16,375 bases of DNA from Candidatus Bathyarchaeia archaeon (GCA_050012755.1 JBEKGO010000042.1:1-16375), one strand, 5' to 3'; shown: positions 6,888-15,035, counted from the stretch's first letter. A program made the numbers and translations. The notes: generated by a model not told the origin, from the letters alone.

Positions 6888-7857
6888 TGCTGTCAACAAC
6901 TTTTTCGATTACGTCAACAGGGTTCTCGAGTTCTGCAAGCTTACTCTGCGTATCGAATCTCTTGCCAAGATACTTCTTTGCATATGCAAGAACTCTTCGC
7001 TCTGTGGTTGCAAATAATGGAAAGCCCTTCTTTGTCAAATATGTGTTAACGTATGTTTTAGCCATATTAGAAATAGCTATGCTGGGTACGCCTTGAAGTG
7101 CTGCTTCCCTACCAATAGTTCCCCCATAGCTAACAACCAAATCAGCGTTCGCAACTAAATTTGCTGAATCCACAAAGCCTTCTTTGACGCCGAAGGTTTT
7201 GCTTTCTCTGTTGTATCTTTGAATCAAATTGACGTTTCCCAAGGCAGCAAGCTTCTCGACCATGACTTGTGCGTTGTCTTTTTTGCCGCCTGCGTATGTT
7301 GCTTTTGTTTCTAGCTGCCGAATAACTATTAACGGTTTCCTTAGCTCTGCAATTTCTACAGGTTTAAACTCTCTAATCCATGCGACCTCGTCAACCCCCT
7401 TATAGGAAACAACATTCTTAGGGCAATAGTTCTTGACAAAACCGCGCGGCAAAGCTTCTGACACTACAACAGTATGAGCAAAAGGTATCGTTAGCCTATT
7501 AACAGCGTAGGCGTAAGGGGTATCTGCAGTCAAAATTATCGGGATTCCCAAACCGAAAGCAGTTCTGCAAAGCTCAACCGACTGATGCGCTATTGCAATG
7601 TCTGGAGGATTATTTTCGAAGAGTTTAGAAAACTGCAAAACTCGTTCTGCACTTTCTTCAAGTCTTGAGAAGAGCGTTGCCGGATTGTATTTGCCCACCA
7701 CAATAGGTTTTTCCCCAAGAACTTTGGCTAAGGGAATGGTGTCTGGATGCTCGCGCGTTGTAAAAACGAATTCGTGCCCTGCCTTCCTAAGACGTTGCCC
7801 AATAGCCGTGCCATACCTGACGTGTTTACCTGTGCAGGCATCATACCATATTCTCAT
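6868..7857 (-). CDS. DUF354-family protein (GT-B-fold glycosyltransferase/epimerase-like)
   Basis: MRIWYD....KHV...I...L...GHE...TTR, R.AFGLGIP.I...DTP.A...N.LT.PFA, YKGVDE.AWI..F.P, ADLVVS.GGT..REAAL.GVPSI. Start overlaps the upstream stop (ATGA). Confidence 0.88.
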   Translation of the reverse strand: MRIWYDACTGKHVRYGTAIGQRLRKAGHEFVFTTREHPDTIPLAKVLGEKPIVVGKYNPATLFSRLEESAERVLQFSKLFENNPPDIAIAHQSVELCRTAFGLGIPIILTADTPYAYAVNRLTIPFAHTVVVSEALPRGFVKNYCPKNVVSYKGVDEVAWIREFKPVEIAELRKPLIVIRQLETKATYAGGKKDNAQVMVEKLAALGNVNLIQRYNRESKTFGVKEGFVDSANLVANADLVVSYGGTIGREAALQGVPSIAISNMAKTYVNTYLTKKGFPLFATTERRVLAYAKKYLGKRFDTQSKLAELENPVDVIEKVVDSIKQRKL

Positions 7858-8366
7858 TTCTTCACCTTAGATCTTGACTTTATGAAAGTGCCGCGTTTGG
7901 CTTCATACTCTTTTAGAGTCATAACTACGCGTGCTGGGTTGCCCGCTACCACTGTTCTGGGCGCCACGTTTTTGGTGACTACGCTTCCGCCCCCGACCAC
8001 TGCCTTCTCACCTACAGTTACATCTGGTAAAATTGTGGCTCCTCCGCCGATTTGGGCTCCATTTCTGATGATTGGCGGTGTCAAAAGGACGCTTTTCGGG
8101 TACTTATCATTTAGTAGCGAAGTGTTGGGAGCAATAAACACGTTGTCGCCAAGCACGCAGTCGTTTGAAATAGTTACATGTGCTTGAATGTTGCAGTTTT
8201 TGCCTAAAACTACATTTTTGCCAATATCGCAAAAGCTTCCGATTAGGGTTCCATCGCCGATTTTTGTGTTGTCGCCTATTACAACGTAATTCCAAATGGC
8301 AACATTTGCGCCTATTTTCACATTTGTTCCTGTAACAATGCCTGTGCCTTTTTTTGCGTTCAGCAT
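7854..8366 (-). CDS. Hexapeptide-repeat (left-handed beta-helix) sugar acyltransferase, WbpD/LpxA-like
   Basis: Repeated [VI]xIGxNxxI hexapeptides, GDNVFIAP...LNDKYP, GAQIGGGATILP.VTVG..AVVGGGSVVTKNV....VVAGNPAR. Confidence 0.92.
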   Translation of the reverse strand: MLNAKKGTGIVTGTNVKIGANVAIWNYVVIGDNTKIGDGTLIGSFCDIGKNVVLGKNCNIQAHVTISNDCVLGDNVFIAPNTSLLNDKYPKSVLLTPPIIRNGAQIGGGATILPDVTVGEKAVVGGGSVVTKNVAPRTVVAGNPARVVMTLKEYEAKRGTFIKSRSKVKK

Positions 8367-8384
8367 AAAGTCTCATTTCGGGCT

Positions 8385-8431
8385 CCAGATTTAAATAGTT
8401 TAACTTTAACATGACTCTCCAACGACGGAGG
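8385..8431. promoter_or_regulatory. Divergent promoter with self-complementary TATA box; SD of the dehydrogenase gene
   Basis: ATTTAAAT palindrome at 8389-8396 in a 73-bp gap. GGAGG at 8427-8431 before TTG 8440. Confidence 0.5.
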
Positions 8432-8439
8432 CAAACAGC

Positions 8440-9312
8440 TTGACTAAAGAAACAGTTCTAATTATCGGTTTAGGCGAGATTGGTCACACACTTTTTGCAT
8501 TGTTAACTGAACAGAAAAAGAATTTCGATGTCTATGGTCTTGATCTGGATCAAACAAAAATGCGTGAGCTTAGCCAAAACAGAAAAAATGTTCCACAGCA
8601 AATTGATAGCTTGCATATTTGTTTGCCATGCAGTAACAAAAAAAACTTTACACACATAACCGTTGGATACGTAGCTGAGTTTAAGCCAAAACTCACAATA
8701 ATTAACAGCACCGTTCCACCAGGCACAACATTACAAATAGCGGAAAAATGCAAATGCCTAGTTGCTCATTCACCGTCCCGCGGTGTACACAAAAGTGCTG
8801 AACATATGAAATGGGAAATGAAACGCTGGACAAAATACGTAGGCGGAGCAAACGCGGATGCCGCTGCCGCAGCGTGTGCCCATTTTGAAAAGTTAGGTTT
8901 GAAAGTTAAGATTTTGAAGAGTTCTACCGAAACAGAGCTAGCTAAGCTTTTCGAAACAACTTACCGCGCATGGATGATTGCTTGCTTCCAAGAAATGCAT
9001 CGAATCTCTAAAGCTTTCGGCGCTGACTTCAACGAAACCGTTGATTTCCTCGAAGATACCCACCGGTTGAGATTTGATAGACCAGTTATGTTTCCAGGAG
9101 TGATTGGCGGGCACTGCTTGATTCCGAATACTGAATTGCTTCTCGATTGTTATGACTCAGAGTTTCTGCGGTTGATTTTGAAATCTAATGAGAAACGTAA
9201 AAAGGAAATAAAAGACAAAACCATTAAAGCAGAAGCTGAAAAAGTTGCTGCACGAGCAGAATCTTTAGAGCAGGACCTAACAAAGAGCAAAAGCAAGAGT
9301 GAATGTGAGTAA
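8440..9312 (+). CDS. UDP-glucose/GDP-mannose dehydrogenase family protein, short form lacking the C-terminal domain
   Basis: IIGLGEIG Rossmann motif, INSTVPPGTT, HSP.RG, TELAKLFETTYRA..I...QE, catalytic GGHCL. Only 290 aa. Confidence 0.88.
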   Translation: MTKETVLIIGLGEIGHTLFALLTEQKKNFDVYGLDLDQTKMRELSQNRKNVPQQIDSLHICLPCSNKKNFTHITVGYVAEFKPKLTIINSTVPPGTTLQIAEKCKCLVAHSPSRGVHKSAEHMKWEMKRWTKYVGGANADAAAAACAHFEKLGLKVKILKSSTETELAKLFETTYRAWMIACFQEMHRISKAFGADFNETVDFLEDTHRLRFDRPVMFPGVIGGHCLIPNTELLLDCYDSEFLRLILKSNEKRKKEIKDKTIKAEAEKVAARAESLEQDLTKSKSKSECE

Positions 9313-9403
9313 TCTCGTTTTATGAAGGCCTAAGGGAATTTGTCCTGGGTCTTTGGTTTCGTGCTTCGAAATATTCTGACAGTTTCATAGTGTAACCCTA
9401 GAA

Positions 9404-9461
9404 TCTGGCCCATCAATTGACTATTCTAAGAAGTCAGTTAAAAAATGCTTCTTTGGCCAGA
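9404..9461. repeat. Nested imperfect inverted repeat between convergent genes
   Basis: TCTGGCC (9404-9410) / GGCCAGA (9455-9461) enclosing AATTGACT (9415-9422) / AGTCAGTT (9432-9439). Confidence 0.5.
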
Positions 9462-9492
9462 CAAAAATGGAAAGAACTTATTATATTGATTT

Positions 9493-10377
9493 TCAGACTT
9501 TGGACGCCTTTAGGAGACCTTTCATATAATAAAACCGAATTAACGGATGAACATATAGAATCGTAGGCTCACGAGTCTGCACGGCCATAAACAAGCCAGT
9601 AAAAGGGGACAGGCAGAATCGACGTATGACTCCAAGTTTTGTTACAGGCGGGGGTTTATTTGTTTCTGCGCCGATTTTTCTCCATATTTCATACAACTGG
9701 GTTCCATACCAATATTGATGATTAAGTTCTTGTCTTAAGCTATTTCGCAAATGGATAGATTGTACATTATAATCAACAATCCATTTGTAGCTGGCGCCAT
9801 CAATTCTGTAGGCTAAAGTGGTTTCAACACCAGCGTTTACTCGCAGTTTTGGAAAACCGTCTAATGTCCTGATTATCTTTGTTTTATAAATCGTGTTGTC
9901 TAATGTTTTACCCAGAGTAAAAGCAGACATGTCTCTGGACTTAAGCCAAGACGCTAAGTTTGCCTCTCCACGATACTTCTTACCTACATACTCCTGCATT
10001 TTTCTAACGCCAGGGGGCTTGTCTGCAAAACGCATCCCAGATGCAGCAGCAACGCTTGAGTTTTCAAGTAATGGCGGAATTCTTCGCCACCAATCAAAGG
10101 CTAGCAACAAGTCTTGTTCAAAGCTTACGAAGAAATCGGATGTGACTTGTTCTAGTGCTGTATTTGCGCCATCGCTGATTCCATGGCCTTGGTTGGGGAT
10201 AACTGACCATCCAAAAGAAGAAGCAATGTTTGCCGTGTTGTCGCTGCTGGCATCGTCGACTATTATTTTCTTATTTGTAAATTCTTGAGGAATGACTTCA
10301 TTTATCCTTTGCAGGACTCTAGGCAGGGTTTGAGCTCCGTTCTTAGTCCACATTACTAAATCTACTTTGCCAATCAT
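9493..10377 (-). CDS. Glycosyltransferase family 2 (GT-A)
   Basis: VDLVMWTKNGAQTL..VL..I...IIVDDASSDNT..IA...G...GISDGAN.AL......FFVSFEQD (EQD at the DxD position). ATG 10377 preferred to TTG 10401. Confidence 0.9.
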   Translation of the reverse strand: MIGKVDLVMWTKNGAQTLPRVLQRINEVIPQEFTNKKIIVDDASSDNTANIASSFGWSVIPNQGHGISDGANTALEQVTSDFFVSFEQDLLLAFDWWRRIPPLLENSSVAAASGMRFADKPPGVRKMQEYVGKKYRGEANLASWLKSRDMSAFTLGKTLDNTIYKTKIIRTLDGFPKLRVNAGVETTLAYRIDGASYKWIVDYNVQSIHLRNSLRQELNHQYWYGTQLYEIWRKIGAETNKPPPVTKLGVIRRFCLSPFTGLFMAVQTREPTILYVHPLIRFYYMKGLLKASKV

Positions 10378-10492
10378 GCCATTCCCAAGAGAGGATGTCA
10401 ATAGTCTTATCTTAAGAAGATTAGCTATTTATAGAATCAGGGCAAAAATAAAGGAAAAACAGATTCATTAGGTGTACTTGCCAGGGTTTCTA

Positions 10493-11764
10493 TCAATTCT
10501 TTTGTTTAAAAGCCAAAAGTGAGTCTTCAAAGATAGTTTCCATCGTCCGGGCATATTTTTCCCATGACAAATGATTTTTCACATATTCATAAGCATGTTC
10601 CCCAAGTTTTTTGCGCAAATCGGCATCGTCCAATAGTTGGTTTACCTTTTGTGCCATTTCTTCTGGTTTTGTTTGGTCAAAAATTAAGCCATTGTCATTG
10701 GGTTGAATAATTTCTGATGCTCCACACGCATTGGATACGATTGCGGGTTTTGAAGCGGCCATTGCTTCAATCACTGCTAAACCCCACGTTACCTGTTGTG
10801 GGAATAGGAATACATCACAAGCAGCATACACCTTTGCCAGCTCTTCGTCATCATTGCTGTGAAGAAATAGCACTTTGTCACTTATACCAAGTTTTTCACT
10901 TAATTTTACTAACTGCTCCTTTGGACCGCCACCGTCAAGGATCAGCTTGATCCGATCATAATTCCTAGAAAGTTGATAAAGTGCCTTTATAGAATCAGCC
11001 TGACCCTTACTGAGTTGAAAGTTGCCAACCTGCAACAAAACAAAATCGTTATTCAACCCATATTTTTCTCTGACTTCTTTACCGGATGCGTTGTGAAAAA
11101 TTTCGACATCTACTCCACTTCTTACAATCCTTGAAGACCTATGGTACGCTCTATCTACATATCCCTGAGCAATTTTTGACAAAACCAAAATCTTATCAAT
11201 GTAATCTGAAGCAGCTTTATCAAATATTTCATAAATCGGTCCATTAATTTTGCGCAAGCCTTTTCTAGATTCGGAACTAAAAAACCAAATCGGCGGTTCA
11301 TTACACATCCAGACTACGGGAACATTCAATCTTTTTTTGGCGATAAAGGCTGCCCATTCAGACGGAAAATTGTGATTGTTGATAATGTCAAAGCCTTTTG
11401 GCATTTTTCGACCTATATTGATCATCGACGGGAGCTCATACGGAATTGTGTAAAACTGTCGCCCCATCGCTCTTCGCATCCAAGTTCGTAAGGAAGAAGC
11501 CCTTGCAGTTTCTCCGCCGTCGTCATCTTTTTGATAGATTTCAGAAGGGATGAGAAATTTAGGAATTTTATTTTCAAGCGGATGCGGAATCACGTTTATT
11601 GTAAGTTTTTCGATTATTTCACGATAACATTTTTCTTTGTTTACTGCACTAGTAAATATCTCTACTTCATGCCCGAACTTTTGAAGTTCAAAAGCTAATT
11701 TCAAAATTTGCCTTTGTCCTCCACCTCGACTTACAAGTGGAGTATGGATCATAGCGATCTTCAT
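10493..11764 (-). CDS. Glycosyltransferase family 4 (GT-B), paralog A
   Basis: MKIAMIH....RGGGQRQ...LA.ELQK.GHEVEIFT, SGVD, LLQVGN....KG, YAACDVFLFP....WGLAVIEAMAASKP.IVS..CGASEII. Confidence 0.94.
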   Translation of the reverse strand: MKIAMIHTPLVSRGGGQRQILKLAFELQKFGHEVEIFTSAVNKEKCYREIIEKLTINVIPHPLENKIPKFLIPSEIYQKDDDGGETARASSLRTWMRRAMGRQFYTIPYELPSMINIGRKMPKGFDIINNHNFPSEWAAFIAKKRLNVPVVWMCNEPPIWFFSSESRKGLRKINGPIYEIFDKAASDYIDKILVLSKIAQGYVDRAYHRSSRIVRSGVDVEIFHNASGKEVREKYGLNNDFVLLQVGNFQLSKGQADSIKALYQLSRNYDRIKLILDGGGPKEQLVKLSEKLGISDKVLFLHSNDDEELAKVYAACDVFLFPQQVTWGLAVIEAMAASKPAIVSNACGASEIIQPNDNGLIFDQTKPEEMAQKVNQLLDDADLRKKLGEHAYEYVKNHLSWEKYARTMETIFEDSLLAFKQKN

Positions 11765-11792
11765 GAGTTCTGCATTCCAATTACGCTTAGAG

Positions 11793-11820
11793 CATTATAT
11801 AGCCCTTATAAGTTTGTCCC
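11793..11820 (-). promoter_or_regulatory. BRE/TATA promoter of GT4 paralog A
   Basis: Minus strand GGGACAAACTTATAAGGGCTATATAATG has two TATA-like boxes about 30-48 nt upstream of ATG 11764. Confidence 0.55.
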
Positions 11821-11840
11821 TTCAAACAAATGGCGGAGTT

Positions 11841-11855
11841 AGAAGAAAAAAGAAG
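11841..11855 (-). terminator. U-rich terminator after the SDR gene
   Basis: Minus strand CTTCTTTTTTCTTCT about 60 nt after the stop at 11915. Confidence 0.4.
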
Positions 11856-11914
11856 CCGTTGGTTGCAGTCAGAAAAAGCACAAACTGTGTTGAATCAAGT
11901 TTCCTTTAAGTCGC

Positions 11915-12886
11915 CTATTTCCCTTGGTTTTTTCTAAAATAGGAAATTACTTTGTCGATTCCTTCGGATAGAGATATTGTGGGCGTCCAACCTAGTTCTT
12001 TGTGTATTTTCGTTGAATCCAGAATTATTGATGCCTGATCAGAAATTAATGGTCTGTAAGGGTAGCCAGGAGGATATGAACCGAAAACAAGATTCTTCTT
12101 GTCAAATCCTATTTTGTCGGCGATCATAATAGCAAGTTCCTTGTTGGTTATGCCAATACCTGTTCCAACGTTATAAACCTGGCCATTAGCCTTTTTATTA
12201 GTCATGGACAACATGTAACCGTTCACATGATCATCGACGTACATGTAGTCCCTTATTGAATCAGGAGAGCCTACGTATACTTTCTGGCCCTTTAACATTT
12301 GAGTAACTGTATATTCTACCATGAAACTTGTGTCAAATTTCCTACCGTATGAGTTTGTAGGTCTCAATATGGTGCCGTTCAAATTATACGAATTAAACAT
12401 CATTCGTAAATAGAGGTCGGCTGCAGCCTTGCTAACCGCATATGGGCTAGAAGGATTTAGAGGCAAGTTTTCTTTTAATGGCTCGTTCTTCTGTATACCA
12501 TAGACTTCAGCTGTTGATGCAGCTATGAAGTGTCTGGTCTGTGGATCTTGGAGTGCGAGCAGCGAATGTGCTATGTTCATAGTTCCGATGTAGTTAGATT
12601 GTTGATATTCGAAAGGTCGCTCGAATGAATCTCGTACAGGTGACAGTGCGGCTAGATGGAAAATCACGTCAGGATTGGCTGTCTTGACCGCGTTTAGAAT
12701 AGAGACATAATCTGAAACGTCGCCTGAAATTGTGGTAATGTCCTGCAACAAATCGTGGATTACCTCCATGTTTCGACTTGCTACTCTTCGCACGACACCA
12801 TATACTTCAACGTTCTCGTTAACGAGTTTCTTGGCTAAGTGGCTACCTATGAAGCCCATGATTCCTGTTATTAACGCTCTTGTCAT
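11915..12886 (-). CDS. Extended SDR NDP-sugar 4,6-dehydratase/reductase (GDP-mannose 4,6-dehydratase-like)
   Basis: LITGIMGFIGSHL, GVVRR (GMD-like), HLAALSPVRDSFERP, ASTAEVYG, PSSPYAVSK (YxxxK), RPTNSYG, RDYMYVDD. ATGA overlap with the upstream gene. Confidence 0.9.
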   Translation of the reverse strand: MTRALITGIMGFIGSHLAKKLVNENVEVYGVVRRVASRNMEVIHDLLQDITTISGDVSDYVSILNAVKTANPDVIFHLAALSPVRDSFERPFEYQQSNYIGTMNIAHSLLALQDPQTRHFIAASTAEVYGIQKNEPLKENLPLNPSSPYAVSKAAADLYLRMMFNSYNLNGTILRPTNSYGRKFDTSFMVEYTVTQMLKGQKVYVGSPDSIRDYMYVDDHVNGYMLSMTNKKANGQVYNVGTGIGITNKELAIMIADKIGFDKKNLVFGSYPPGYPYRPLISDQASIILDSTKIHKELGWTPTISLSEGIDKVISYFRKNQGK

Positions 12887-13602
12887 GCTTGGGAACTCCG
12901 TAACATGGCGAACTCTTTTTCTGCAACAGATAAGTCCTTAACGCTATTAATAGTTAACCATAGCTCCTCAGGTTTGAGTTTGCACGCTTTCAGCGCTCGC
13001 TTCTTTGCAAGCAACGGAAAAACTGTTCTTTCGATGGATCCATTCTCCGGGATATAATCAAGTATTTTCCGGTTGAAAATATACACTCCAATACTGACGA
13101 ACATGTTTTCAACCAAAGGTTTCTCCTTGAAAGATACAATGTCATCGCCTTCTAGTTCGAGTATCCCAAAAGGTGAACGCATAGGTGCAACAGCAACCGT
13201 AGCTACAGGTTTGCTCATAAAATGTAACTCTTCGATGCGCTCCAAGTTTAAACTAGTGATTTCATCTCCATTCATTGCCAAGAAATCATCGTCTTTCACA
13301 AACCTGCTTATGGCAAGACGGAATCCTTCCCCAGTTTCGCCTTCAACTGTGTGCTCGCTAAAATCTATTTTCAAACCTTGTGAGTTCTCTTTCAAATAAT
13401 TAATGACTACTTCTTTGTGGTAAGCAACGCCCAACACGATGTATTTGAAACCCTGGCTTTTCAGCCATGATATTATCCAGTGGATCAGAGGTTTTCCCTT
13501 AAGGGGAACCATGCATTTAGGCATATCTTCTGTAAAAGGTCGCATACGCAAACCTGCGCCTCCAACTAATATGACGGCAGTATTGATCTTCTTCACTTTC
13601 AA
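12883..13602 (-). CDS. Sugar-1-phosphate nucleotidyltransferase (NTP_transferase family)
   Basis: AVILVGGAGLRMRPFT..MPKCMVP..GKPLI, MNGDEI, PFGILE...IVSFKEKP....VSIGVYIF. True start may be GTG at 13596, 6 nt after GAGGG. Confidence 0.93.
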   Translation of the reverse strand: MKVKKINTAVILVGGAGLRMRPFTEDMPKCMVPLKGKPLIHWIISWLKSQGFKYIVLGVAYHKEVVINYLKENSQGLKIDFSEHTVEGETGEGFRLAISRFVKDDDFLAMNGDEITSLNLERIEELHFMSKPVATVAVAPMRSPFGILELEGDDIVSFKEKPLVENMFVSIGVYIFNRKILDYIPENGSIERTVFPLLAKKRALKACKLKPEELWLTINSVKDLSVAEKEFAMLRSSQA

Positions 13603-13685
13603 CCCTCACAAAAACTGAATTCATACTAAAAGTACAAATATATAAACTTAAATTGCCTTCATAAAACACAACTTGTGAAAAAGCA
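13603..13685. promoter_or_regulatory. Divergent promoter region (nucleotidyltransferase / GT4 paralog B)
   Basis: Central ATATATAA (13638-13645) readable on both strands. Palindrome CACAA-C-TTGTG at 13667-13677. Confidence 0.55.
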
Positions 13686-14954
13686 ATGAGAATTGCAATG
13701 ATTCACCCCACGCTATGGGGACGCGGTGGTGCTGAAAGGCAGCTCTTGAGGTTAGCCGTTGAACTTCAGAAAATGGGGCATGAAGTCGAGATTTTTACCG
13801 ATTTCGTTAACGAGAACTGTTATCCTGAGCTTCTGGAGAACTTAACAGTCAACTTGGTTCCTCATCCATTATGGCGAATGCATCGCGCCATGGGTTGGCA
13901 AGCAACCTCCTCAATGATTCACCAAGATCAACCAGGCAACACAAAAGTCTCCTATGTTGACAAGATTATGCGCAAATTAGTGCTGAAGCAATACTACGCC
14001 AAAGAATTGCCTCTTATGCTAAATTTGGGAAAAAGCATACCCAAAGGCTTCGACATAATCAACAACCACAATTTCCCAAGCGAGTGGGCTGCATTCATCG
14101 CAAAAAGAAACCTGAAGATCCCAATCGTATGGATGTGCAACGGACCACCCACGTGGTTTCTTACTAAAACAAAAAGCAAGATAAGCATCCTTTATTGGCC
14201 ACTTTTTGAAGCCTTCGACAGAACAGCCGTTGACTACATTGACGAAATCGTAACTTTATCCGGTGCGTTGGCTAGAGACATCAAGATAGCCTACGACAAA
14301 CCTGCAAGGTTGGTAAGAACGGGTGTAGACGCCGATTTTTTTCGCGAAGCCGACGGCGCAAGCTTCAGGAGAGCACATGGGCTAGAAAAAAGTTTTGCCC
14401 TGCTTCAAGTAGGTAACATAGGACAGGTCAGAAGAAATGTTGATTCCATAAAAATTCTTGAATACCTATGTCATAAATACGACGATGTCAAGCTGGTTTT
14501 GGACGGCTACGGCTCACCCATGCAGATAGATGAGTTAATGAGTTTAGCCGAGAAATTGGGATTGAAGGACAATTTGATTATTCAACAGACTCAAGTTGAC
14601 AGTGAACTTGCCCAAGTTTATGCTGCTTGTGATGTATTCATTTATCCTTCGTATGTGCCTTGGAGTTTGGCTGTTACTGAGGCAATGGCCGCTTCAAAAC
14701 CGGTAATTATTCCAAAAGAGTCTGGAGTTTCTGAAATCATAACGAACGGTGTAAACGGTATAATCATAAACACCTCAAGCCCTGAAGAAACCGCTAAGCA
14801 GATAGAATTGTTGCTTATAGATCCGACCCTACGCAGAAAAATAGGCGAAAACGCATACAAATACGTCAAGAACAATTTGTCTTGGAAACAATACGCCAAG
14901 AGCATGGAAAACATATTCGAAAAGACGATATCAAATTCCAAGAAAAGAAACTAA
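13686..14954 (+). CDS. Glycosyltransferase family 4 (GT-B), paralog B
   Basis: MRIAMIHP....RGGAERQ..RLA.ELQKMGHEVEIFT, TGVD, YAACDVFIYPS...WSLAVTEAMAASKP. Shares the identical block PKGFDIINNHNFPSEWAAFIAK with 10493-11764. Confidence 0.94.
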   Translation: MRIAMIHPTLWGRGGAERQLLRLAVELQKMGHEVEIFTDFVNENCYPELLENLTVNLVPHPLWRMHRAMGWQATSSMIHQDQPGNTKVSYVDKIMRKLVLKQYYAKELPLMLNLGKSIPKGFDIINNHNFPSEWAAFIAKRNLKIPIVWMCNGPPTWFLTKTKSKISILYWPLFEAFDRTAVDYIDEIVTLSGALARDIKIAYDKPARLVRTGVDADFFREADGASFRRAHGLEKSFALLQVGNIGQVRRNVDSIKILEYLCHKYDDVKLVLDGYGSPMQIDELMSLAEKLGLKDNLIIQQTQVDSELAQVYAACDVFIYPSYVPWSLAVTEAMAASKPVIIPKESGVSEIITNGVNGIIINTSSPEETAKQIELLLIDPTLRRKIGENAYKYVKNNLSWKQYAKSMENIFEKTISNSKKRN

Positions 14955-15035
14955 CAAATTCCTTTTGATCCCGATACCTAAGGTTTGAAAACCGTAGTTG
15001 TTCAATTCCTTGAAAAAAGCCTTTGACGGTAAAGT

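Noticed and set aside
8107-8412. Arg/Cys-rich 101-aa ORF overlapping the acyltransferase, suggestive of a frameshift at the A7 run
   Set aside because: It is an alternate-frame reading of the hexapeptide repeats. The 170-aa ORF is intact with a TATA box at suitable distance.
10493-14954. Invertible phase-variation cassette using the inverted GT4 genes
   Set aside because: Synonymous sites are heavily diverged in the block I compared, I saw no long exact repeat, and there is no recombinase in the window.
14991-15030. Hairpin ACCGT..TTCAA-TTCC-TTGAA..ACGGT between GT4-B and the methyltransferase
   Set aside because: The 5-bp AT-rich arms with large internal loops are expected by chance.
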